64,000 bases of DNA, taken from positions 18,100,587 to 18,164,586 of the forward strand of contig CM120648.1 of NCBI GenBank assembly GCA_051362555.1. The letters run 5' to 3'. The DNA is from Lingula anatina (taxonomy: Eukaryota; Animalia; Brachiopoda). The position numbers were made by a program, and so were the translations under genes. A model generated the notes under the pieces. It saw nothing but the letters and a program-made list of their open reading frames with translations, did no database searches and was not told where the DNA came from. Shown here piece by piece: positions 40,701 through 52,028 of this stretch. Every line of letters starts with the position of its first letter. Position 1 is the first letter of the stretch.

Positions 40701-41285
40701 AACACAAACTGATTAACATCGTTACAAATAAACAAACAAACAAACCAGCTTATTATCATATATGAGTCGCACCGGATTCTACATGTTACTACGTGCCATT
40801 TATACCACAGTCACAATATATGTTATTATGCCGATTTTCATAACAGAAAGCATCACTCACTTACATGATCATACAGAACAAATAAGCGTACAATAGTCTC
40901 CACTTAGCTGTGAACCCAAGTACACATAACAAGTTACTACACATGACACGATTAACATATAACGTAACATATAAACAAACAAACCAGCTTTTATCATATA
41001 CAAGTCACACCGGATTCTACATATTACTAGCGTAACACAAAACACAAACTGATTAACATCGTTACATATAAACAAACAAACCAGCTTATTATCATATATG
41101 AGTCGCACCGGATTCTACATATTACTACGTGCCATTTATACCACAGTCACAATATATGTTAATATGCCTATTGTCGGGAATAACAGAAAGCATTACTCAC
41201 TTACATGATCATACAGAACAAATAAGCGTACAGTAGTCTCCACTTAGCTGTGAACTCAGGTACACATAACAAGTTGCTACACATT
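40701..41285. repeat. Direct duplication (period about 340 bp) in the L1 3' UTR
   Basis: AACACAAACTGATTAACATCGTTAC...CACTTAGCTGTGAAC present at 40701 and 41041. Confidence 0.85.
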
Positions 41286-41455
41286 ACAAACTAACGTATA
41301 ACAAGTATCCATGAACAATCTGGTGCAACACAAAAGACTTACAGTACGGACTATCGAGATGTGAACTTAGGTACGCAAAGATATTAGACATGCACAATTA
41401 GCTATGACTCCAAACAGTAAGAGGTTGTCATACCCTCGACACGTATTGTATCATT

Positions 41456-44400
41456 CTATGTAAGTCTAAGTATTAAATTGTGCAAGCATACGTACATGGC
41501 CTTAAGGTGGCCCAAATTCTGTACTGAGTCCAGATATTTTTTAGCAAATTCGACGAAAGAAATAAGTAATAATTGTTTGTTTCTGCACCTAAAGCTGTAG
41601 ATATAGTATTTGATTAACATATTTAGGACATTATACGCATCTTTGTTATTTTCTTTTTTGTCAAGAATTCCAAATATAAATGTTGTTTTCTCTAAAGTCA
41701 TATTCAGCTTGTCTTTGATTACATTTAAAAAGGTTTCAGTTACAGAACAATCCCATAGTACATGAATAATTGTCTCCGTCTCTTTCTCGCACCTTTTGCA
41801 AAGGGGGGTGTTAACCAAACCAGTTTTTGCAAGATAACTATTTGTCGGTAATATATGTTGATTTATTTTATACTGGAACCATTTAAATTTAGGACTGATA
41901 GGAAGGTTGAAAGGCAGTTTATTTATTAGAGACCACTCTTTGTCATTAATATTAAACAATTTATTCCAATTAATTTTGCCCTTTGAAATAGAAGCATTCT
42001 TACTAAGTATTTTATAAAAATCTTGGCAGCCCTTCTTACTTTTAAAGAAGATACTTAAATATTCTGGGAGTTTAGGGAGCATTACTTCAGATTCGTTTAT
42101 ATCATGCAATTTCAAGTATCGCTTAATAATGCTTACCACCCCTTGATATTCTAGGAAGTTGGTCTGAATACCATATCGCTTATTTATTTCTTCTTGTGAG
42201 AAAAAGGTAATTGTTTTAGTGTCTTTTATAAAGTCCCTTATTGCAGATATACCTTTATTAAACCAGTGCTTATAGTATATTACCTTACTGTCTACTCTTA
42301 GGGCTTCATTATACCAGACAGGGGTGTCCAACACGGGCTTGTTTTTCCCCCTTAACTTGTCTTCCTTAACCCTGAGTTCTTTCCATGCAAGTAACACATC
42401 CCCCTAGAACCGGTTTTGGCAAACTTTTAGACATTTATTCAAATACTCATTACCACCCACTGACAAAAGTTCGAAATTTAGATATTTAGCTACGATAATT
42501 TGCCATTTTTTCCTTTTTGTATAAATACGTCTAATCCATGTTAATTTTAGTGATGATATCAGTGAAGGCAAGTGTATCATTTTGATACCACCTTCATCGT
42601 AATTTTTAATAATTATATCCCGCTTAACTTTATCGATCTTTGAGTTCCACAAAAAGTGGAAGAGGTCACTCTGAAGGTCATTGATAAACCTTTGACTAGG
42701 ATTCGGTAAGGATATAAACAAATGATTTAATTGGGAAATTATTAAGGATTTTATAATTATACACTTGCCGATGGGGGTGATCATTCTTCTGTTCCATCCA
42801 TTAAGAATAGACTTAATTTTTACTAATTTCTTATCAAAATTAAGTTTGGGGATTTGAAATAGATTAACATGAAATTCAATTCCTAAAAGATTAAACTGGT
42901 GCTTTCCCCAATCAAGATGCATATGTGGCAAAAATTTTAAATTACTGAACTTCATACGTCCTATCCATACTATTTTGGTTTTATCTTTGTTTATTTTCAA
43001 CCCTGATATTTTTGAAAATTTATCTAATTCAATCATAAGTTCGGATAAAGACTTTTCTGAGCCATCAAGCATCACTGTCGTATCGTCTGCGTATTGAGTT
43101 AATAAAATGGGGGCGTCATCAATAGTGATACTTTTTATATTATTGTTATTCTTGAGTATTATTGAGAGTATTTCCGCACATAAAATAAACAAATAGGGGG
43201 CTATTGGGTCTCCCTGCCTGCAGCCTCTTTTAATGTAAAAGGACTCTGAGAGATTGCCTCCTTGATTTATTGCTGCTTGTGCACCCTTATTAAAAGTATT
43301 TATCCATTTGATAATACTTTCACCAAAGTTAAAAAAAACTAGTACCCTGTCAATAAATTTCCACGACACAGCGTCAAAGGCCTTTTCGAAATCTAATAGC
43401 ACTAACATTCCAGGAATATCGTTATCTTCTGTGTATTGCATAATATCGTATACAGTACGGATACTTTCCCCAATGTATCTCCCGGATATAAAACCGCATT
43501 GATCGTCTGAAATAAGTTTGCCCAGGTATTTCTTGACTCTGGATGCTATGACTCCGGAGGCTATTTTATAGGTAACGTTTAACAAAGAGATCGGTCTCCA
43601 GTTTTTCAAGTATTGCTTGGGCTTTTCACCCTTAGGGAGACACGTAATTACACTTTGTCGCTGTGTAATTGAAAGTTGACCAGTCGAGTAACCCCAGTTT
43701 ATGGATCTAACAACAAAATTGCCGAGCTGTGACCAGAATACCTTAAAGAATTCGACAGTGAACCCATCCGAGCCTGGACTCTTATTACTTTTCATTTTTT
43801 TTCAGAATTTGGGAGGCTTCATTTAGACTAATTATACCCTCTAGTTCACTTGACTCAACATCTGTGAGCCTCAATGGATAATTGTGCGGTAAAATTGTGC
43901 TTAAGTCAACATCAATCACTTCATTAGACTCTGCAAATATCTGTTCGTAGTAGCATTTAATTTCTTTTAAAATTAATGTTTGGGTAGTAATTTCTTCTCC
44001 GTTATCTTTAACTATCTTAGGTATTATTTTTGAAGTGAAATTTCGGTTTTCTAGGTTTAAAAAATATTCAGTGGGTTTTTCACCCTCTTCCAGCCACTTT
44101 GTCCTGGATCTTATCATACTACCCCTTATTTTATTTTCCCTGATGTATTTTAGTTCCTCTTGTAATCTCTCTATATTATTTGCGTTTAGATTGTAATTTC
44201 TCTCCAAATTACTTATTTCTGTTATCAATTTTTTTTCTCTGTCGCCAACTAATTTTTTCTTATAAGATGAAACGGAAATGGATTTGCCCCTGATCTCCAT
44301 AAGTAGGGTCTCAAGAAAAAGTTGATCATTTACGGTAAACTGTATGTCAGAGTCCGGAATTGAGCAGATATTATTTAGGTTATAGACAGGAAGTGCATAC

Positions 44401-45227
44401 TGGATTTTTATATTATTAATAAGTTGTTTTATATTGTCTATATATTCTATATCATCAAGCAGAGAATTATTGAATTTCCATAACCCTTTACCTTTCCTAA
44501 ATGGGTTAAATTCAATATTAATCCCTACAATGGAGTGGTCGGATCTATAACTCGATTCGATAAATGAGTTTTTAATACTTCTTACAAGGTTTTCTGTCAC
44601 AAGGAAAAAATCTAGTCTCGCTTGTTTAATGGGATTTTTTCTCCTCCAAGTATATCTCTTATAACATTCATGTTGTTCTCTATACACATCAACTAAATCA
44701 TAAATTTCAATAAGTTCTAATACTTTTTTTCTTGCTTTTGGGTTGTTTATATGTCGATATGTCTGATCATAATCTATTTCTGGATTTAGAACCAAGTTGA
44801 AATCACCACAGATAATAGAGTACTCATTATCGGTATCCTGTAGCCCCAATTCTATCTGTTTATAGAAGTCGGGAGAATCAAGATTTGGACCATATATATT
44901 GATCAATGTCACTTTTCTATCTTCTAATAAACAATTTTGTAATAGAAAGTTACCAGCATCGTCTTTTTTTTCACTGATTACTTTAACATCGGCAGTGTTA
45001 TTTAAAAGTATAGCGACACCCCTCGAGTTCGACCTGTACGAGCTAAAATAGGCCTTATATCCCCACTCAGACCTAACCCTTGATTCTATTTCAGACGTAA
45101 AATGTGTGTCTTGTAGGCATAGGATATCATATTTCTGTTGCCTTAAATAAGAAAATATGTCTTTCCTTTTTTGTCTATCCCCAAGGCCCTGGCAGTTAAC
45201 GGAAACAATCTTAATACAACTTGTCAT
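41456..45227 (-). pseudogene. L1 ORF2: APE endonuclease, reverse transcriptase, C-terminal zinc finger; two lesions
   Basis: NCQGL, LQDTH, GDFN, RLDFF, SDH; KSPGSDG, WRPISLLN, LDFEKAFD, GCRQGDP, YADD; CKRC...HVLWDC; one extra A in an A8 run near 43795 and an in-frame TAG at 42404-42406. Confidence 0.9.
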
Positions 45228-45455
45228 TTGAATATACGGCTCTAATAAATGTCGAGGTTAGCTTTTTCCCTTATTTTGCTTTTCATCGCTCTCACCTCAA
45301 AACAACTTTTTACCACCACCAGATTGGCACCGTTCTTCCAAATAGCTCCACCTATCATCAACATAAAAATATAATGCAATAAGTACACATTAATTCTACT
45401 AGTGGACGAGTATAAGAAAAAAGGTAAAATTAACATAATTTGTCATTGTAGGCTA

Positions 45456-48449
45456 CCCAGACAGCCTCAATAATCTGGCCCACGTCTGGCCCAGATCTGG
45501 CAACGTCTGGCAATATCTGGGCCAGATTTTGCCAGACACTTGCCAGATCTGGGCCAAGTCTGGCAAAGTCTGGCATTTATGCCACATTTTGCCAGACACT
45601 TGCCAGATCTGGGCCAAGTCTGGCAAAGTCTGGCATTTACGCCACATTTTGCCAGATGCTGCCCAGACTTGGGCCAGATATAGTACTTTCATTTTCAATT
45701 TTTATTTTCTATTTATTTATTTTTTATTGACCAGTGAGCTGAATGCATTGAACTGACGTCATTTGATAAATTTTGATTTAATTTATCTCTCTCTTTTTTC
45801 TTCAAAGTCCCCTCCTAAGTGTGCTATTTGTTTAATTTGACTTGACATTTGAATGAATTCACTGATCTAAAACTTTTTTGGACTACTCGTTCCGCTGTTG
45901 TAAGATTCCGCTTTTTATGCTAAGCCGGTCAAGGACCCGGATGTAGCGTTTCTTAGAGTTATGGATATGAAAAAAGCACAAGCGTATCAAACTGATACAA
46001 TTTCGTTGAGTGATTTGATTCGTGGTGCGATTTATTTCGAAGGCATCAACACTGGCGACGAGGATAAACACTAGTGCAAAACTGATGAGTCAAGTTTCTT
46101 TGAAAAAAATGGAGAAAAAATGTGAAATTACGGAATTCGAACCGTACAGAAGTCCGGAGACATTGGGTCACGCTCGACGCGATGGCTAGACAGTTTAAAC
46201 TTTTCGCTGACGGAAAAAGATTGATCTTTTCAAAACCAACGAACGGCATGAATAATGAACAAAGATAGAAAATTAAAAATACATGACAAAGGAGACGCGC
46301 GCTTATGTTGTATTCAGCAGGGACAGGTGTACAACTTACAAGATATTTTCAGGACTCTCCCAAACACAGGTTAGAAACATGAATATACATAAGACAGTTA
46401 ACGCTTTGAATGAAATTGGAACACCAGAAACTGAGTATGATGAAACTGAAGTCATTTGACAAACCAAGCCAGTCTAAACATTACGAGTTTAGACATGAAA
46501 AACGAAGTAGAAACTCCCTGACTGAGAAAACATGGAACGTTGGATCACTTTGCAAAACTCTGCAAAACTGAAACTATTATTCATGTAAATGACAGCTTTG
46601 AACATGAAAATCCAGGAGTGCATATACATTTGGTGTGGGAACCAATGCACAGAAGACATGGAGGAAATAGAGGAGGTGTTAATCTCAGTGTATTACCAGA
46701 TTCAGGTGCATATTGTAATATCATTGATGAAAATACATGGAGAATGCTGAAATCCAAGAAAAATAAATGTGGCTCTTGTGGAGGACCAGAAAACAAACAG
46801 TATTATTCATGTACACGTCTGAGAAACCTTTAAAAGTGAAGGGAACATTTGAATATGACGTAAAGGCAAGCAAAGGAAGAGACCAGTAGTAGTGAAAGGA
46901 CATGGGATTTGATATGAGTTGATTAGTTTTGAGAATTTTCAGTGTGGTTTAAGGAATAAAAGTTGGAGTTCATATGCTATTCTGCAAATGTTTGAAAAGA
47001 CATTTTAAAGACTGAACTGTCAATTAACATGTTTTGAAAGGACCGTTTCTCTCCAAGAAAGGAAGGGATGTTGTGTTTGGACTTGACATTTGAATGAACT
47101 TTTGTTAACTTGGTAGAGTTACTTGTTCCATTGTTGATTCCTTTAATAATTATAAGCTTGTCAAGGAGGCGGGTGTATCATTTCTTAGTGTTATGGATTT
47201 GAAAAAAGCGCAAGCATTGCAAACTGGTTCAATTCATTGAGTGATTTGATTCGTGATGTGATTTAATTCAAAAGCATTGATACTGGGGTTTGTTTTTGTG
47301 CACATGTAATTCTCTTTTAATTGTACATCTATATCTGTGCTGGAGTATACATATTTTTTTTTCAGAATTTACATGTATGTACAGTACTGTAGCCAGCATG
47401 CAAGTTGAATTGAAACAGTTACTGCATGGTTATTTATAATTTTGTTATAACTCTCCATCATCTAAAAAAGAATGTTTTTTCATTCATTATTCAAGATTTA
47501 TTCATTACAAAACTATATTCATTAGTGATTATTATTATTAATGATATGTTTGAATTAGTTTAAAAATGACAATGTATAATATTATTTAGGTTGAGGTGTG
47601 CAAAAATATTTCCCCCTCAAATCCCCCCCCCCATGTACATGCATAATTAATTACAATTTTTGTAATTTGTGTTAATTCAGATTCGATGAGCAGCTTTGTG
47701 TTGAAAAAAAAATTGTTGTTATAACTGTTTTCTTTACATGTATGTAAGTGACATTTCCTCCTGTTAAGTGTCTGTATATTTGCCTTTTTGCAGTGTGTTT
47801 TTTTTTTTTTTTTTCAAACATACAAATTGTTTTGTACAAAAAGACAAGGAGTGGCCCTTAATTTGTTGCATGTTAGTTGCCAGCAAGGTTATATAATGTG
47901 TAATAATTTTGTTTAGGCTTTTAGCACAGAATAAATACTTGAATCTTGAATCTTGTATGTCTTTTTTTATAGTTATCTTATTGAATAATTAAAAATAATT
48001 AAAAAAAGAAAAAAAAAAACAATCTGGGCCATATGTGGTCCATGTCCGGCCCTAATCTGGCCCACATCCGGCATGCCATACCTTTGCCAGATATTGCCAG
48101 ATCTGGGCCAGATCTGGCCACATGAGCAAATGTGAAATAATAAAAAAAAAACAATCTGGGCCATATGTGGTCCATGTCTGGCCCTAATCTGGCCCATTTG
48201 AATATGATCTGGCCCATATCTGGCCCACATCTGGCATGCCATACATTTGCCAGATATTGCCAGATCTGGGCCGACATCTGGCCATATGAGCAAATGTGGA
48301 CTGGGCCAGATGTGGCAATGTCTGGGCCAGATCTGGCCCAGACATTGCCACATCTGGCCCACATGTGGCAAGCCATACCTTTTGCCAGACATTGCCAGAC
48401 GTTGCCAGATCTGGGCCAGACGTGGGCCAGATCACTGAGGCTGTCTGGG
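45456..48449. mobile_element. Non-autonomous DNA transposon (CMC/EnSpm-like ends) inserted in the L1 inter-ORF spacer
   Basis: TIR CCCAGACAGCCTCA / TGAGGCTGTCTGGG, TA on both flanks, long subterminal arrays of TCTGGC/GCCAGA repeats at 45456-45680 and 48020-48449. Confidence 0.8.
45829..47282 (+). mobile_element. Degenerate Gypsy-like LTR retrotransposon relic
   Basis: Diverged LTRs of about 220 bp (45829-46051 and 47069-47282), PBS-like TGGCGACGAGG at 46053, PPT AAGAAAGGAAGGGA before 47069, aspartic protease remnant LPDSGAYCNIIDENTW. Confidence 0.7.
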
Positions 48450-49318
48450 TATCTTATACCGTAGTGCAACAGCTTATCCGAGGTAAGGGCGTACGCCTTG
48501 AACCTCTCGCACTTACACTTGCTAGGTATTCCCTTTCACTTACACAGAATAACATGAGCTGTAAACTGTCCATTTTGACATACACACTTACACAAACGTT
48601 CACACACACACATATCCACAATACACGAGTCATCACTACAAAATACCTAGGACGTACTACGAGTCCTAGAAAAGACAAAGCAGCGGTAACACTCACGACG
48701 CTTGCATACATCAACTAGCCGTCGGTCACGTGCACAGACACGGTGATTGTATTGTTGTTACAAACTGTAAAATATCGGTATGTTCTATTTTACACATGTC
48801 GGCTGGGACGCCAAGGGGCCCTTTTTGCGTTTGTGACATGAGCGAATAATAATAGGAGTTTAGTTCCCCGTCATTGCCTATTAAGCAATATATATATTGA
48901 GCAATGTGCACATAATCGTAGCCAAATACTCCCAATAGGTACGATGTCCCCTTCTATTCGGAGCGTACGTATACCAACCGACAATGAAAATTGAGCATTG
49001 TTGAATACATCTTATATTTGCATGTATTGTCAATAGCTTAGCTAGTAGTACCACATGTATAACAGCATACCGTATCTCGAGAAACGAGAGTGTGTGGTCA
49101 TCCGGTGCCCACATCAGCAAGACGCCCCGTGAATACCTGTATTATAAAAATACATGATCAATAACTCAAAACTATATACAATTATTACTATCAAGTAAAC
49201 AACCGAGACACAGATAATCTGTACATATATTTACCATAGAAGCAGCTCACCCACACAGGCGTTTGACTATATATGTATATATACATCTTATCAAACAAAC
49301 TAACCTAGCCTACACGAT

Positions 49319-50551
49319 CTAATCTAATTGGAGAGCGTCAATTGCGGACTCTTGATAATAACTGAATCTCTCTGAATTTAAGTGCTGTCCAACCACCCTT
49401 GACACTACAATCAATCTATTTTCTACCCTCTTGGCTTCTAGGAGGTTGGCCAGTGTTTTGGCTACACTTACATCGTTATTGTCATTGTAATATACTGTCC
49501 AGGCACCGCCACTTTTTATTCTGTAGGCGTAAACAAGCGAGGCTCCGCTTACTTGGCCGCCTGCTATTATGGAGGCAAGCGCAGATTGTGCGTCTTCGAC
49601 TGAATTCACTCTTGTAGAGATTCCCATAAAGGAGTTACCCTTTGCTTTAGTTTTCTTTTCAGAGAACTTTATTTCATGTCGATGGTTTTTCCTATGTGTT
49701 GGTAGGTTTTTTAAACAGTTATCGGGCTTGCGATCATCTGGGGTATATAAGGAGTTATTTATATAGAGTTTTTCGCCCACTAACCTGTGTTTGATATTTT
49801 TTGCCCTTAATTCTTTCATGACGGGATAGAGCGTTCTTCTTCTTTCTTCCACCTCCTTGGGATACTGGTCAGTTATCCTTATGTAGGTGCCCTTCAGATT
49901 TTTGGTATATTTCATAACAGTTCTTTTGTCATGGAATGTCGTACATTTTGCTATTATTGCCCGCGGTTTGGGTCCGTTAGTTACCGATCCAATGCGATGA
50001 ACCCTATCAAAAGACACGGTTTCTTCCGCGGGGATCTTCATCTGTTGAATCAGCACCTGTCTCAGTGTATTCTCCACGTTTTCCTGCGGTCCAGTCTCGG
50101 GAATGTTATGAAATAGTAGGTTATCTCTCATGGATCTCGTTTGTAGATTTATCATTATCTGGTGATCCGTGTCGACTTGTCTTTGTAGGCTTTGTACTCT
50201 CTGCTCGCTAATATTGAGTTGTTCTCTTAGCACATTGTTCTCAGTTTCAAGAGCACTTACTTTCTCGTCCAGTTGGGTCATATTTTCATCGAGACTTTTA
50301 ACCGAAATCTCAACTTGTTTGAGAGAATCTTTGAAGGTTTTTGTAATGGCGTCCAGTTTATCTTCGAACTTTGCCAAACAATCACTGATAATGTCCCTGA
50401 TTTCGGTATTGTCTGTAATGAGATATTTGTCACCCTCTTTTTTTCTTGAGCTTTTATCCATATTGCTCTCTTTGATGTGGAGTTTGGCCAACGGTGTGTT
50501 TTCTGTACTGGATGATGAACTATGGGAAGTCCTTTGTCTTCCCCGTTTCAT
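49319..50551 (-). CDS. L1 ORF1 (coiled coil, RRM/CTD-like) with extra C-terminal IMPACT/UPF0029-like domain, 410 aa
   Basis: Heptad region, SMRDNLLFHNIPE, DRVHRIG...PRAIIAK, ITDQYPKEVEERRRTL; tail KGNSFMG...VYAYRI...ENRLIVVSR...HLNSERF. Confidence 0.85.
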   Translation of the reverse strand: MKRGRQRTSHSSSSSTENTPLAKLHIKESNMDKSSRKKEGDKYLITDNTEIRDIISDCLAKFEDKLDAITKTFKDSLKQVEISVKSLDENMTQLDEKVSALETENNVLREQLNISEQRVQSLQRQVDTDHQIMINLQTRSMRDNLLFHNIPETGPQENVENTLRQVLIQQMKIPAEETVSFDRVHRIGSVTNGPKPRAIIAKCTTFHDKRTVMKYTKNLKGTYIRITDQYPKEVEERRRTLYPVMKELRAKNIKHRLVGEKLYINNSLYTPDDRKPDNCLKNLPTHRKNHRHEIKFSEKKTKAKGNSFMGISTRVNSVEDAQSALASIIAGGQVSGASLVYAYRIKSGGAWTVYYNDNNDVSVAKTLANLLEAKRVENRLIVVSRVVGQHLNSERFSYYQESAIDALQLD

Positions 50552-51292
50552 TGTTTCATTGGCGCGATTTTTAAACGCACAAAAAATTCTCTTTTATCGT
50601 CACAGTACCGGGAACCCTGCCCCTTTCCGCTGTCATTTCACTTTATATTCATCCTCACACAGTCAGCCACAGTCCAACTACAACCGATCATATATAATTT
50701 AAGTATTTTATCACCGTGGCCCCAGCTTGAGTTCTACACCGCCGCCATCTTGTTCTCGTTCCGAGTGTTGTTCTTAGCTTGTCGATTAAGTATGTGAGTT
50801 CCTGCATTCTTATTTTCATCAAACTGTATTAATAATGTTACATTAAAATTGACTATACCTTACAATTTTAATTGATTTTAATTAATGTTAAAACATTCAG
50901 TGTTTATCACCCCGTTATGTTTTGAGCTTACCCACTTGTATTCATCAGAGAGGATACATTTTTAAGAAAAAAATTTTTTTTCGCAAATTGCCGTTAAACC
51001 TTCAGAAACAGACGAAAGCTTCTAATTTATTTGATAACTGTTTCACAAAGTTAATTGACACTAAACACATTCAAATTTTGTGAATAATTACGATACTTTT
51101 TTATGTTAAAAAGTTTTATTTTAACTGCACTGTTTATTGTACAGTCCTTTTCAAAGGTGAAAGTGGATCTCATACCTCTGGGGAAGAAAACATGAGAAGA
51201 ATAAGAATGTTGACGATATGTCGATGTATGAACAGTCCCTGACAAATGAAATAAATTAGATTGAAAGCAAGTCTATAAAGATTAAGGTCTAG

Positions 51293-51360
<68 letters not shown>

Positions 51361-51584
51361 TTTGAAGAAGGCACATCAGCTGAAAACTCAATCGGGCGCT
51401 TGATACCAATTATACTTATTACATGCATTTGCAATCTAATTTATTTATTTTTATACAATATTTATACAATATACTGCGGGATTAATACGATGATTTAGAT
51501 GAATATGCACGCATTGCAATACATAACAATATGCATTATGCTAAAATCAGTTAGTTCGGCCATAGCTTATTGTATTCTTCGCAG

Positions 51585-51830
51585 TGGCAGAAAGGGACCA
51601 TCTAGATGATATTGACAAGGAGCTATTGGAAAAAATTGAGAAAATTGCCCGAGGAGAAGATGTGGAGCCAGAGAAACAGGTCACAATTTGGGATTTTGCA
51701 GGACAGGATGTCTACTACACCACGCACCAAACATTCCTCTCAGAGCGGATCATCTACTTGTTGGTATTCCGACTTGACCAGGACCTCGATGATAAAATCC
51801 GTGTATACAGGGGAGAGAAGACACTGAAAG
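51585..51830 (+). CDS. Exon 6: Roc G3 region
   Basis: VTIWDFAGQDVYYTTHQTFLSERIIYLLVF is a canonical Roc motif; CAG acceptor, GTATTG donor; phase 1-1. Confidence 0.9.
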
Positions 51831-51957
51831 GTATTGTTGAGCTTTATGTATATATCTTTACATGTATAAGCTACTCAGGGCCCTCATGTAAATGGCCTGT
51901 CAGCTGTGTGTAATTTCTTTATTAAAAGACCCACATTTTTAAATCTCTCTATTGCTC

Positions 51958-52006
<49 letters not shown>

Positions 52007-52028
52007 CATTGAGTTTTTAGTAGTGTTA

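Larger units (their letters stand above)
40517..50761 (-). mobile_element. Full-length L1-clade non-LTR retrotransposon in intron 5
   Basis: Poly(A) tail at about 40517-40550, 14-bp TSD CGAGTGTTGTTCTT (40503-40516 and 50762-50775), ORF1 plus EN-RT ORF2, YY1-like AAGATGGCGGC near the 5' end. Confidence 0.92.

Noticed and set aside
47973-48718. Several overlapping ORFs rich in W, P, D, G (also 45453-45756)
   Set aside because: Translations of stop-poor subterminal repeats of the DNA transposon, open in many frames on both strands
50169-50702. 177-aa ORF antisense to L1 ORF1 (ORF0-like)
   Set aside because: Most likely a shadow of the coiled-coil coding strand; non-ATG start and no independent signal
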